Positions 1 through 10,154 of a stretch of DNA of 64,000 bases are shown piece after piece. The notes beneath the pieces are model-generated. The model was given only the letters and a program-made list of their open reading frames with translations, made no database searches and was not told the origin of the DNA. The position numbers and the translations under genes were made by a program. Source of the DNA: an uncultured Acidobacteriota bacterium (GTDB lineage Bacteria; Acidobacteriota; Thermoanaerobaculia; UBA5066); contig CAVZYA010000001.1 of assembly GCA_963779415.1 (NCBI GenBank), positions 1,792,001-1,856,000 of the forward strand, read 5' to 3'. Every line of letters starts with the position of its first letter. The stretch's first letter is position 1.

Positions 1-98
1 AGCGTGAGCGCGACGATCATCACGACGACGAGAAGGGTGAGGGAGACCATCGCCTCGACGAGAGTGAAGCCGCGCCGCCGCCTAGAACGCCGCGACAT
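1..98 (-). CDS. Prepilin-type protein (PilW-like minor pilin), 5' part only; runs off the window edge
   Basis: Manual translation from ATG 98: MSRRSRRRRG|FTLVEAMVSLTLLVVVMIVALT, a class III signal peptide with G-1/F+1/E+5; overlaps the stop of the upstream minor pilin. Confidence 0.85.
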   Translation of the reverse strand, partial: MSRRSRRRRGFTLVEAMVSLTLLVVVMIVALT

Positions 99-621
99 AG
101 TCCACCCGCTTTCCGCTGATGAAGGTCAGGCCGAAGAAGCGCCTCGTGGCGTTCACGTCGTCCGTCGGGACGGCCGTCACCGTGATGATCCAGAGGGCGT
201 TGGCCCCGCCGCTCGAGAGAGCGACGTTGTAGGAGATCTTGTAGGGGCCTGACGACTGCTCCATCACGTTGGCCCCGTCCGGGCCCCAGTAGTCCCATCC
301 CGTGTCCGACGACAGGTAGGGAAGGCTGTACGTTCCGGCCGTGAGCGTCGGGGGAACGCCGGAGTCGAAGGGAGGCGTTCCGGGAGGGTTCCGCCGCGTC
401 AGGGCGTAGCAGAAACGGATGTTCTCGACGACCTGCTGGCACTTGAAGAGAAGCTCCGTCCGCGCCGCGGCGGCCGCGCTCGAAAGGAGGGCGAGCGAGA
501 AGAGCTGCAGGATCCCCGCGACCATGATCGAGAGGATCGCGAGCGCGACGAGGACCTCGATGAGACTCGATCCCCGGCGGCGCGCCGGGTTCCTTCGCGA
601 GGGTACGGGGAGCGATCGCAT
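82..621 (-). CDS. PilV-like minor pilin
   Basis: RRRG|SSLIEVLVALAILSIMVAGILQLF prepilin motif; ATG 621 overlaps the upstream TGA. Confidence 0.8.
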   Translation of the reverse strand: MRSLPVPSRRNPARRRGSSLIEVLVALAILSIMVAGILQLFSLALLSSAAAAARTELLFKCQQVVENIRFCYALTRRNPPGTPPFDSGVPPTLTAGTYSLPYLSSDTGWDYWGPDGANVMEQSSGPYKISYNVALSSGGANALWIITVTAVPTDDVNATRRFFGLTFISGKRVDYVAAF

Positions 622-1289
622 CAGAAGTTGATCACCACCATCTGGACGGTCCATGCGGGCGAGATCCGGAGCTCGAACCCGTGTCCCGGCGTGAGGCTCC
701 CCGAAGCCATCTCGGGGAGCGTGAGCGGGAACGTGGCCGCGGCCGTGTTCTGCGGACGGGCCGTCGTCGAGAAGTCGCTCACCGCGCGGCCGAACGTGTC
801 GCAGGCGAGGAGATGATCCACCGTGACGTCCGTGGAGGCCGAGGACCAGTTCGCGGCGGCGATCTGACCCGCGACGGTCGTCGAGAGCGAGAGCGCCGTG
901 AGATCGAGCGTGTGCTCCTCGACGAGCGTGTCCTTGGTCGGGTCTACCGTCCCGTAGGGGGGCATGACGAGGGTGCCGGGGGGATTCCCGACCGGATCGC
1001 CGTTCGGATCGTCCGCCCAGAGCTGGATGACCGTGGCCCCGCCGGCCGTGGCGCTGCCGATCCGGAGGAACATCATCGCGCCCCGACGCTGGGATTCGAG
1101 GTACGCGCGCGTCGTCATGATCTGGATCGTCTGCGCCATGGAACTCAGGGCGTTTCGCCGGAGGAGCCGTCTCGCCTGGATTCCCGCGATCGTCAGGGTG
1201 ATTCCCAGGATCACGAGCACGATGAGAAGCTCGATGAGCGAGAACCCGCGCTTCGCGGAGCGACGCCTGACGGCTCGGTGGGTTCGCAT
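621..1289 (-). CDS. FimT/FimU/GspH-like minor pilin
   Basis: C-terminal part of ORF 621..3638: KRG|FSLIELLIVLVILGITLTIAG...; first gene of the FimT-PilV-PilW order. Confidence 0.8.
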   Translation of the reverse strand: MRTHRAVRRRSAKRGFSLIELLIVLVILGITLTIAGIQARRLLRRNALSSMAQTIQIMTTRAYLESQRRGAMMFLRIGSATAGGATVIQLWADDPNGDPVGNPPGTLVMPPYGTVDPTKDTLVEEHTLDLTALSLSTTVAGQIAAANWSSASTDVTVDHLLACDTFGRAVSDFSTTARPQNTAAATFPLTLPEMASGSLTPGHGFELRISPAWTVQMVVINF

Positions 1290-1496
1290 CGGATGGACCG
1301 GCGGGAGATTAGCGAGTCTCATGCCGCGATTCGTCATTCCCCGGAAGCGATTCTCCCTCAAAAGCTTGCCGGGCGGGAAGCCCGCGCGGCTGCACCCGCG
1401 AGCCGGGGCAAGGCGACACCTTTCGTAACAGCGGCGGGCGCGGCGATCGCTGCGAACTCCCGCGCCCCGTCGGCTACCATAGCCGCGGAGAGGGAC

Positions 1497-4016
1497 GTGG
1501 TCCTCGAAAAGATCCGGAAAGGCCTCCGGAGCGAGCCTCCCTGGCTCACGCAGCTGCGTGAGCATCGCTGGAGCTCCGACGCCCAGCGAAAGGAGCTTCT
1601 CGACCGCTTCTCCTCGCAGCACGATCCCGACGTCGAGTGGGTGATCTGGACCGCCCTCGATCCGAATCCCGATCTCCGCGCGGCCGGGATCGCCCTCTTG
1701 AAGAAGCGGAGAGACCGGGAGGCGTATCCCGCAATCGCCTCGCTCCTTCACACGAAGTCGGACGCGGTCCGCCGCGCCGTCCTCCGTTTCATCAGGGATC
1801 TCGCCGGGGCCGAGCTCCCGGGCGTTCTCCTCGAGCTTGCCACCACGGGAGACGACCGTACCCGCCTCGCGACGCTCGAGCTGTCGGCCGGGTCGAGCGG
1901 CGAGGTCGCCTTCGAGGTCGCGCGTCGGACGATCCAGTCTCCGTCCCCCGCCGTCCGGGCGGGCGCGCTCCGGCTCGTCAGCGAGACGAACTTCCCCGGA
2001 GGCTCCGCCTCGGCGGCCCGCCTCGCCGTCCCGCTCCTCCAGGACGAGAACAGCGAGATCCGCCTCGCCGCCCTCGCCGTCCTCGAGCGCCACCCGAGCG
2101 AATCGACCTTCCCCGACCTTCTCCAGATGGCGCGAACGGGCGACGAACGCGTCATGCACGCGGCGTTCGGCGCTCTCCTGCGCCTCATTCCGAACGCGAA
2201 GGCGGACCACACGCCCGAGATCGTGCCTCTTCTGTCGGACGGGCTCCCGGCCGTCCGGGCGGGCGCCATCACCCTCCTCCAGGGCGCCGCCCCGGCCATC
2301 GTGGGCCGCCGTTTCGTCGAGCATTTCCACGGCGCCTTCGTCTGGGTCCGGGACCGCGCCCTCGACACGACCCGGGAAGGGCTCCCGGAGTTCGCGCCGG
2401 CGCTCATCGCCCTCTGCGAGGATCCGGACGGGACTCTCGCGAAGGCCGCGAGCGAGATGTCGCTGGCGCTCGAGGACCCGCGCGCGATCCCGGTCTGGCT
2501 TCGCCTCGTGGACGATCCGGACTACTGGGTCCGCGCCCGCGCGATCGAGCTTCTCGGCCAGAACGGGCATGGCCGCCCGGAGGTGCTGCCGAAGCTCCTC
2601 GTCGCCCTCGACGTGCCGGAGATCGCGATCCCGGCGGCCGCGGCCCTCGGAGAGATGGGGGATCCGCGGGCGGCCGGGCCGCTCCTCGAGGCGTTCAAGA
2701 AAGCGCAGGCGAGGGCCGACCTTCAGGTCGAGCTGATCGAGGCGATGGGGACTCTCGCCCGGGTGGAGCCCCGGATCGTTCCCCTCCTCGGCAAGATCGC
2801 GCAGACGCCGCAGATCGACGCCAAGGTGCGCGAAAAGGCACGCCGGACGGTGGAGCTGGCCCAGTCCGCGGCCGAAGGGGCCTCGGCGTCGATCGAGGAC
2901 GACGAGGAAGGTCCGGAGCTTCCCCGGGCCGAAGGGGAGGAGGCCGGGCTGAAGCAGATGCTCTCCGATGCCGTACGGGCCGGCGCCTCCGATTTCCACC
3001 TCGCGACCGGCTTCGTCCCGCACCGCCGCGTCCAGGGGCGGCTCGAGCCGGTCGACATTCCCACGGTGACCCGGAAGAGAGCGCAGATCCTCGTCAAGGA
3101 GATGCTCTCCGACGCCGAGTGGAAGCAGCTCGAGGAGGAGCGCCACCTCGACGTCGCCCTCCGGATCCCGCGCGTCGGACGGTTCCGGGCGAACTTCTTC
3201 TCGCAGCGGAGCGGTTTCGACGCGGCGTTCCGGGTGATCTCCCGCGTCATCCCGAAGCTCGAGGACCTCGGGCTGCCGCCGTCGGTGGTGGACCTTCTCC
3301 GGATGACGCAGGGGCTCGTCCTCGTGACGGGCCCGGCCGGGTGCGGCAAGTCGACGACGCTGGCGGCCATGATCGACCGTCTCAACGAGACCCGCCCCTG
3401 CCACATCATCACGATCGAGGACCCGGTCGAATACGTCCACCTCCCGAAGCTCGCTCTCGTCAACCAGCGGCAGGTCCCCCGCGACACGGCGTCCTTCGCG
3501 CGCGCGCTCCGGGCAGCGCTCCGTGAGGATCCGGACGTCATCATGGTCGGGGAGCTGCGCGACCTCGAGACGATCTCGCTCGCCGTCACGGCCTCCGAGA
3601 CGGGACACCTCGTCTTCGGGACGCTCCACACGTCCCACTCGGCGGCCACGATCGACCGGATCATCAGCTCCTTCCCGCCGGGGCAGCAGGGCCAGATCCG
3701 CGTCATGCTCGCGGATTCGCTGAAGGCCGTGATCTCACAGGTCCTCCTCCCTCGCCGGGACGAGCGCGGTCGGGTGGCCGCCTTCGAGATCCTCCGGACG
3801 ACGCAGGCCGTCGCGGCCCTGATCCGCGACGGAAAGACGTTCCAGATCCCCTCGATCGTCCAGACCGGGAAGCTCCACGGAATGCAGACGATGGACCAGG
3901 CGCTTCTTCAGCTCTGCGAGGCCGAGCTGATCGAGCCGGAGCTCGCGCTCGAGAAGGCGCTCAAGGCCGAGCTCTTCGAGGGGCTCGTCGCCGAGCGCCG
4001 GCGGGAGCTCGAATGA
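1497..4016 (+). CDS. PilT/PilU-family ATPase with N-terminal HEAT-repeat region
   Basis: GTG 1497 after GGAG. Repeated 'D.d..vR.aA...L' HEAT units, then a PilT domain with [32 protein letters not shown] and AVAALIRDGK (AIRNLIRE-like). Confidence 0.9.
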   Translation: MVLEKIRKGLRSEPPWLTQLREHRWSSDAQRKELLDRFSSQHDPDVEWVIWTALDPNPDLRAAGIALLKKRRDREAYPAIASLLHTKSDAVRRAVLRFIRDLAGAELPGVLLELATTGDDRTRLATLELSAGSSGEVAFEVARRTIQSPSPAVRAGALRLVSETNFPGGSASAARLAVPLLQDENSEIRLAALAVLERHPSESTFPDLLQMARTGDERVMHAAFGALLRLIPNAKADHTPEIVPLLSDGLPAVRAGAITLLQGAAPAIVGRRFVEHFHGAFVWVRDRALDTTREGLPEFAPALIALCEDPDGTLAKAASEMSLALEDPRAIPVWLRLVDDPDYWVRARAIELLGQNGHGRPEVLPKLLVALDVPEIAIPAAAALGEMGDPRAAGPLLEAFKKAQARADLQVELIEAMGTLARVEPRIVPLLGKIAQTPQIDAKVREKARRTVELAQSAAEGASASIEDDEEGPELPRAEGEEAGLKQMLSDAVRAGASDFHLATGFVPHRRVQGRLEPVDIPTVTRKRAQILVKEMLSDAEWKQLEEERHLDVALRIPRVGRFRANFFSQRSGFDAAFRVISRVIPKLEDLGLPPSVVDLLRMTQGLVLVTGPAGCGKSTTLAAMIDRLNETRPCHIITIEDPVEYVHLPKLALVNQRQVPRDTASFARALRAALREDPDVIMVGELRDLETISLAVTASETGHLVFGTLHTSHSAATIDRIISSFPPGQQGQIRVMLADSLKAVISQVLLPRRDERGRVAAFEILRTTQAVAALIRDGKTFQIPSIVQTGKLHGMQTMDQALLQLCEAELIEPELALEKALKAELFEGLVAERRRELE

Positions 4017-5143
4017 GCAGTCAGCCCGGATCCGGCCTCTTCCCCGGCGGTGCCGCGCACCGGCGGATCGACACCCTCCTCCGCCTCGTCGTCAGCAAGA
4101 AGGCCTCCGACCTCCACCTCGCCGTAGGCCGCACGCCGATGATCCGGATGGACGGCGACCTCGAGAAGCTCAAGTGGCGGGTCCTGACCGAGGAGGAGTT
4201 CGACGCCTTCGTCGCCCCGATCACGCCGCCGCGGCTCTACGACCGGTGGAAGGAGACGGGCGACACGGACTTCGCCTACTCGCTCGGCAACGTCGCCCGG
4301 TTCCGCGTCAATCTCTTCCGCCAGGAGCTCGGCTCCGGCGCCGTCCTCCGGCTCGTTCCGCCACGGGTCCTCACGATCGAGGACCTCGGCCTCCCGTCGC
4401 TCGTCTCGTCCATCTCGCGGGTGACGCGCGGCCTCGTCCTCGTCACCGGCCCGACCGGGTCGGGCAAATCGACGACGCTCGCCGCGGTCGTCGACTGGAT
4501 CAACCGGAACCATGCGCGTCACATCGTGACGATCGAAGACCCCGTCGAGTTCATCCACACGCCGCACAAATCGCTGATCTCGCACCGGGAGCTCGGGTTC
4601 GACACTCCCGATTTCGCCGGCGCCCTGAAGGCCGCGCTCCGCGAGGATCCGGACGTCGTCCTCGTCGGCGAGCTTCGGGACCTCGAGACGATGAGCCTCG
4701 CCCTGCAGGCCGCGGAGACCGGCCTTCTCGTCTTCGGCACCCTTCACACGAACTCCGCGGCGAAGGCGATCGACCGCCTCATCGACAGCTTCCCGGCCGC
4801 CGAGCAGGAACAGGCGCGCACCGTCCTGGCCGAGGTGCTGCGCGCCGTCGTCGCGCAGGTCCTCCTGAAGCGCAAGAGGGGCGGCCGCGTCCCGGCCTTC
4901 GAGGTCCTCCGGTGGTCTCCCGCGCTCGCCAACAGCATCCGCGAGGGGAAGACGGCGATGATCACGACGCTCATCCAGACCGGGCGCAGCGCCGGGATGG
5001 TGTCGCTCGACCAGTCGCTCGCCGATCTCGTCGTGGAGGACGTCGTCGCCTACGACGAGGCTTTCGAGAAGGCTCTCGAGAAGGACGGTTTCAAGGCTCT
5101 CGTCGAGAAGCGCCGGGGCGGCGCCTCCCCGCCCGGACACTAG
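4013..5143 (+). CDS. pilT: Type IV pilus retraction ATPase PilT
   Basis: [44 protein letters not shown]; ATGA overlap with the previous gene. Confidence 0.93.
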   Translation: MSSQPGSGLFPGGAAHRRIDTLLRLVVSKKASDLHLAVGRTPMIRMDGDLEKLKWRVLTEEEFDAFVAPITPPRLYDRWKETGDTDFAYSLGNVARFRVNLFRQELGSGAVLRLVPPRVLTIEDLGLPSLVSSISRVTRGLVLVTGPTGSGKSTTLAAVVDWINRNHARHIVTIEDPVEFIHTPHKSLISHRELGFDTPDFAGALKAALREDPDVVLVGELRDLETMSLALQAAETGLLVFGTLHTNSAAKAIDRLIDSFPAAEQEQARTVLAEVLRAVVAQVLLKRKRGGRVPAFEVLRWSPALANSIREGKTAMITTLIQTGRSAGMVSLDQSLADLVVEDVVAYDEAFEKALEKDGFKALVEKRRGGASPPGH

Positions 5144-6621
5144 GGAGACGGTGGGGGCGGCGTCCGGGGAACCGAGAGGACGAACCGCGCCCCACCGAGC
5201 GAGGCGGAGCGCCCCACGGAGACTTCGCCGGCGTGGAGCCCGACGATCTTCGCGACGAGCGCGAGGCCGAGGCCGGTGCCGGACTCCTTCGTCGAGAAGA
5301 ACGGCGTGAAGAGGTTCGGGAGGACCTCCGGCGGCACGCCCGGGCCGTCGTCCTCGACGGCCACCCGGAGCGTCCCTTCCGGGCCCGTCTCGCCGCGAAG
5401 CAGAACGCGGCCCGCGGCGGCCTCGCCGGCGTTGCGGAGGAGGTTGACCAGCGCGCGTCGGAAGAGGGCGGCGTCGATCGTAGCCCGCCCGAACTCCCCT
5501 TCGACCGCGATCCCGACCGGCGGCGTCACGACCGGCGGCTCCGCGGCGATCTCCGCGACGAGCGCGCCGACGTCGGTCGGCGCGGCGTCGAGCCGCTCGG
5601 GGCGCGCGAAGAAGAGGAAATCGCCCGTGACGCGCGCGACATGCTCGGCCTCGGCTCCGACCGCGGCGAGGTGCCGGGACCGGGCCGCGGGATCGTCCGT
5701 CTGGGAGGCGAGCCGGACGTAGCCGAGGATCGTCCCGGTCGCGTTGCGAAACTCGTGGGCGATCCCGGCGGACATCTCCCCGAGCCGGGCCAGCTCGCGC
5801 TGGGAGGAGAGCTCGCGCTCGAGCCGCGTCGTCGAGAGGACGAGCGACTCCGCACGGACGGCGAGCTCGTCCGCCCGCCGCTTCTCGCGCTGCCGCAGCT
5901 CCTCCAGCTCGGCACTCAGGACTTTCAGCTCTTCGATCGTCCGCTGGAACGTCGCGATCGCCCGTTCGGTCTCGTCCCCCGAGGAAGGCTCGCCCGGGAC
6001 GACGACGCCCGCGTCGCGCGCCGTCTCCGTCAGCGCGTCGATCGGACGCATGAACCTCCGGAAGAACGGAAAAACGAGGAGGACGAGGAGGAGCGAGGCG
6101 AGCGGGACGATCCACGACACGATGAGGACGTTCCGGCGCGCGGCGGCCCGGGCCGAGCCGTCGTACACGACGCGAACGATCTGGTGTCCGCCCGTGAGCG
6201 ACACGAAGACGACCACTCGCGCCGCCCCGGGACGGGACTCTTCCTCGACGAGCGCCCCGCCGTCACGCGGGCGCGCCGGAGCCGGGAGCTTCGCCGGCGA
6301 GAGTCCGGCTTCGGGGAGAAACGTCGCCTCGGCGAGGCGGCTTCCGGCGTCGTCGTAGACGGCGGCCCCGAGGGCCTCCACGTCCCGGAGGACCAAAGCC
6401 ACGGCCGCGTCGGCTCCGAGCGCGACCGTCGGGTTTCCGCCGCGCTCCAGCCGTTCGGCCACGCGTCGCGTACGGGAGACGGCCGCGGCCCGGCTCTCGC
6501 CGATTCCCCACGAAGCGACGTTGCGGAGAACGACGAGCGACAGCGCGGCGAGGAAGAGGAGGAAGAGGACGCCGCCGACCACGGCAAGGCGGACCTGCCG
6601 CTCGAACGAGCCGACCCTCAA
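5140..6621 (-). CDS. Membrane sensor histidine kinase (NtrB/PilS-like HisKA + HATPase)
   Basis: TTG 6621 overlaps the pilD stop. Two TM helices, HAMP-like segment, H-box [14 protein letters not shown]-box [25 protein letters not shown]. Confidence 0.9.
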   Translation of the reverse strand: MRVGSFERQVRLAVVGGVLFLLFLAALSLVVLRNVASWGIGESRAAAVSRTRRVAERLERGGNPTVALGADAAVALVLRDVEALGAAVYDDAGSRLAEATFLPEAGLSPAKLPAPARPRDGGALVEEESRPGAARVVVFVSLTGGHQIVRVVYDGSARAAARRNVLIVSWIVPLASLLLVLLVFPFFRRFMRPIDALTETARDAGVVVPGEPSSGDETERAIATFQRTIEELKVLSAELEELRQREKRRADELAVRAESLVLSTTRLERELSSQRELARLGEMSAGIAHEFRNATGTILGYVRLASQTDDPAARSRHLAAVGAEAEHVARVTGDFLFFARPERLDAAPTDVGALVAEIAAEPPVVTPPVGIAVEGEFGRATIDAALFRRALVNLLRNAGEAAAGRVLLRGETGPEGTLRVAVEDDGPGVPPEVLPNLFTPFFSTKESGTGLGLALVAKIVGLHAGEVSVGRSASLGGARFVLSVPRTPPPPSP

Positions 6622-7779
6622 GGCAGAAGCCTCGACGGGGACGGAACGGGGAGCCCCGACAGAAAGAGAAGGAAGCGCCCCGCCGCAAAGCTGACGAGAG
6701 CGCCCACCGCGAGGAATACGCCGAAGGGGATGTCGGCCCGGTCCAAAAGGACGAGGCAGGCGTCGCCCGCGCCGATCGCGCGAGCCGAGAAGACCCGGAA
6801 GAAGGCGTCGCCGTCGTCCACGACGAGCCGGCCGACGTCCAGCGGGGCCGGCGATCCGGCGCGCCGGCGCGCGAGGCGTGCCACGGCCACGACGGGCCGC
6901 GCGGTACGCGACGACCCGCGCAGCGGCTCCCCCTCCCTCGCCGCCCCCGGAATCCCGTTCCAGTCCGGACCGGAGGCTTCGATCCGGCCGTCGGCCGCGA
7001 CGAGAAGGCCCTGACGGCGCGCGGCGGCCGCGGCGGCGCCGGGATCGCGCGCCACCTCGCCGGCCACCCGGCGCCACGAAAGGCGCCGGACCACCGCCGC
7101 CGCCAGGCCGGTGACGCTCCCGCAGAGAGATCCGACGAAGATCGCGAGCAGCACTCCGGCGACGCCGGTGAAGGCCCCCACCATCGCGATCATCTTCACA
7201 TCCCCCAGACCAAGGCCCTCCGCGCCCCGGAGACGCTCGTAGGCGGCTCTCACGGCGAAGAGGAGTCCTGCGCCGAGGGCCGCTCCGAGGAGCGCATCGG
7301 CGGTCCGGCCCGAAGCGAAGGAGCCGCCGGTTCCCCGCGCGAGATCTTCCCCCGCGGCGAGAAGAAGCGCGACGACGAGGCCGCCCAGCGTCACCTCGTC
7401 CGGAAGGATCCGGTCGGAGAGGTCCGTCCCGACGAGCAGAACGGACGCCGCGGCAAGAAGGGCTCCGCGAAGCGCGTCGAAGCCCGGCCCCCAGATCAGA
7501 GCCGCACCGAGAAAAAGGAGCGCCGTGGCGGCTTCGACGAGCGGGTAGCGGGGAGAGATCGGCGAGAGGCAGCTTCGGCATCGGCCGCCGAGAAGGAGAA
7601 AGGAGACGACCGGAATGTTGTCGTAAAACGCGATTCGCCCGTTGCAGGTCGGGCAGTGCGATCGGGGGCGAGACCACCGACTCGCCGCGCGGAAGACGAT
7701 GGATGCAGACGTTCGCGAAGGACCCGACGACGGCGCCCAGCGCGGCGGAGAAGAACAGGAAGAGCGCGAGCGCGCTCAC
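6618..7779 (-). CDS. pilD: Prepilin peptidase/N-methyltransferase PilD; one frameshift at ~7665 and a large C-terminal insertion
   Basis: [16 protein letters not shown], then (after removing one base in the G5 run 7664-7668) SHCPTC...YDNIP...[21 protein letters not shown] and IPFGVFL. Confidence 0.9.
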
Positions 7780-9995
7780 GGACGCCCCGGAGCCGGAGGT
7801 CCCCCGGCAAGGACGGCGGCGACGAGGATCAGGAGCGAGATACCGGAGAGCGCGAGGCCGGGCTTGTAGAGAGGGGGCTCGTACGAGAGGGAGAGGCGAT
7901 GTTCCCCCCCCGGAACGAGAGCCCCGAGAAAGGCGATGTCGACGCGGAGAGGCGTGACCGGAAGGTCGTCGATCCGGATTCGCCATCCCGGGTCGAAGCT
8001 CCGGGTCAGGACGACGAGACCCCCTTCCGAGGCCGAGATCGCGATCTCCCCCCGCTCCGGGTCGTCGCGGAGGACGCGGGCGAGGGCGAAGCCGCGGAGC
8101 GTCCGCCGCGGCGGGAGAGGAACGGGAGAAGAATCCAGATAGGCGATCTCCTCGGGCTCGAAGCCCTTCTGGCGGAGCGCCTCGAAGGCCACGTCGTCGC
8201 CCGCCACGATCGCCTCGCGGGGAAAGAAGATCCGGCCCATCCCCGAGGGGAGACGGTAACGAAAGACGCCGCCGGAGGCCGCCACGAGCCAGGCCCCGGG
8301 GATGGTCGTCGGGAGGGGCGTGACGAGCTCGCGAACGTCCGCAAGGGCGAGGAGGGTCCGCGGGTTTCCGCCCGCGAGGGCGGCGCCGAGAAGTCGCGCG
8401 CGCCTCGGGTCGTCGAGCGGTGACGCCGTCCCCGCCGTCGCGATTCCGAGCGGGAGGTTTCCGTACCCCGCGAGCGCGTCGTGAAGCCTCCGCACCGTCT
8501 CCTCCGAGAAGCGGCGCCCCCCCTTCGCGAGCCACTGGGAGAGGAGCGGTCCGTCGTGGACGGCCACGAAGAGACGCCCCGGCGCGGTCCCGGTGCGCCC
8601 GGCGAGGACGGGCGGAACCCGGACGAGATCCGCCGCCGGGACCGATGCGAGCGCGTCGGAAGAGAACCAGAGGAGCGGCCCCGCGAGGACGGCGAGGAAG
8701 GCCGCCTCGGCGGAGGGCCTCCGTGTGAGAAGGCCGATGCCGGCCGCAGCCGAGAGGAGCGCGGCGGCCGCCCGGAGCGCGCCGTCGCCCCGAAGCCTCG
8801 AGGGCTCGAGAAGGGCGACGACCGAGAACGCCCCGAGAACGACGGCCGCCCCGACGGCGAGGGTGCGACGCCGCGCCGGCAGGCTCGCCCGGAGAGCGTC
8901 GACGCCCGCGCCCGCCAGCGACGCGAGGACGAGATGCGTCATGACGAACCATCGGGCGGGGAATCGGGTTCCCCGAAGCGGGCCCTCGCCGACGAGAAGC
9001 GGCGCGAGCCCGCCTCGCGCGCCGAGGGCGAGAAGGAGCCCGACGGCCGCGATGCCGAGCAGAACGAGGCCTTCGCGGTCCCCCTTCAGGCCGGGAGCGC
9101 CGGCCACCGCGAGGAGGAGCGCAAGCGGCCCGAGGGCCAGCGTCACGAGATACGAGCCGCGCCCGGCCCCTCCCGCTCGGGTCATCCCCTCAGGCGGGGG
9201 GACGACGAGATCCGAAAGGTCGGAGAGGCCCACCGGCCGGCGAAGCGCCTCTTTCTCCGTCAGCCCGGTCAGGCGCCCCGACTGGCGAAGCTGGACGGCG
9301 AAGGGGAGAGCCACGGCGGAGGTGAGCCCGGCCGCGAGGAGAGCGCCCGCGACGAGGCGAGCCGCCGCGCGGAGGGAAGGCCTCGCTCCGGACGGCCCGC
9401 CCGAGGCCAGGGCCGCGGCCGCCGCCGCGATCGCTCCTCCGGCGGCGAGCGCCGGCTCTCCGGCGAGGAACGCGAGCGCGGACGCTCCGGCGAAGGTCGC
9501 GATCCCCTCCCCTCGTGCCGCCCGGAGAGCGCCGAGGAAGATCCACGGGAGAAAGGACGCCGTCGCGAAGTTGGCGTAGACGGGAACGAGCGACAGGAAC
9601 GCCCCGCCGGCGACGAAGACGGCGGCGCCCGAGAGCGCGGCGAGGCGCGAGCGGCCTTGCGCGGTGAGCCACGCCGCCATTCCCGTCGCCGCGACGAGGA
9701 GGTGGAGCGCGATGGCGACGTGCGGGCCGAGGGGCCATGGGAGGAGGAACGGGGCATCCCCCGGATAGAGGACGCCGGTCTGAAGGCGCGCGAGCCACGG
9801 CTCGCCGCAGCCCGACAGCGGGTTCCAGAGCGGCGGCGCGCCCGCGCGCCACCGCTCGGCCGTGTACGCCTTCATCGGCCAGAAGAAATCGGCGAGGTCC
9901 CCCCGCGCGGGGACGCGGGAGGTCAGAAGCATCGGGAGGAGCGCCGCCGCCGAAAGGGAGAGCCCGAGGAGCGCCGCCGCCGCGCGAACTTTCAT
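7776..9995 (-). CDS. YfhO-family polytopic membrane protein (putative GT-C glycosyltransferase)
   Basis: GDLADFFWP...[18 protein letters not shown] and C-terminal FDPGW...[14 protein letters not shown] are typical YfhO signatures. Confidence 0.8.
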   Translation of the reverse strand: MKVRAAAALLGLSLSAAALLPMLLTSRVPARGDLADFFWPMKAYTAERWRAGAPPLWNPLSGCGEPWLARLQTGVLYPGDAPFLLPWPLGPHVAIALHLLVAATGMAAWLTAQGRSRLAALSGAAVFVAGGAFLSLVPVYANFATASFLPWIFLGALRAARGEGIATFAGASALAFLAGEPALAAGGAIAAAAAALASGGPSGARPSLRAAARLVAGALLAAGLTSAVALPFAVQLRQSGRLTGLTEKEALRRPVGLSDLSDLVVPPPEGMTRAGGAGRGSYLVTLALGPLALLLAVAGAPGLKGDREGLVLLGIAAVGLLLALGARGGLAPLLVGEGPLRGTRFPARWFVMTHLVLASLAGAGVDALRASLPARRRTLAVGAAVVLGAFSVVALLEPSRLRGDGALRAAAALLSAAAGIGLLTRRPSAEAAFLAVLAGPLLWFSSDALASVPAADLVRVPPVLAGRTGTAPGRLFVAVHDGPLLSQWLAKGGRRFSEETVRRLHDALAGYGNLPLGIATAGTASPLDDPRRARLLGAALAGGNPRTLLALADVRELVTPLPTTIPGAWLVAASGGVFRYRLPSGMGRIFFPREAIVAGDDVAFEALRQKGFEPEEIAYLDSSPVPLPPRRTLRGFALARVLRDDPERGEIAISASEGGLVVLTRSFDPGWRIRIDDLPVTPLRVDIAFLGALVPGGEHRLSLSYEPPLYKPGLALSGISLLILVAAVLAGGPPAPGRP

Positions 9996-10076
9996 CTCCG
10001 AACGCGCGGAAGCCGCGCCCTTTCGATCCTCTCTCCCGATGACGGCATCGGCTTCATTCTACGGAGGGCCGAAACC

Positions 10077-10108
10077 AAAAAAAGGGCCCCGCGTCTGCGG
10101 GGCCCTTT
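10077..10108 (-). terminator. Rho-independent terminator after the pilin gene
   Basis: Minus strand AAAGGGCCCCGC-AGAC-GCGGGGCCC-TTTTTTT: perfect GC stem followed by a U7 tract. Confidence 0.9.
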
Positions 10109-10154
10109 CCGGGAATTCGGTAATCGCGCTGCGTTTCGCGATCTTCTCTCCCTG

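Noticed and set aside
7664-7668. G5 run at the pilD frameshift as a phase-variation switch
   Set aside because: Too short for a typical contingency tract, and similar indels occur throughout the window.
5140-8952. 1270-aa fusion ORF of the pilD N-terminus and the kinase
   Set aside because: Artefact of shared frame plus the pilD frameshift; the kinase has its own TTG start at 6621.
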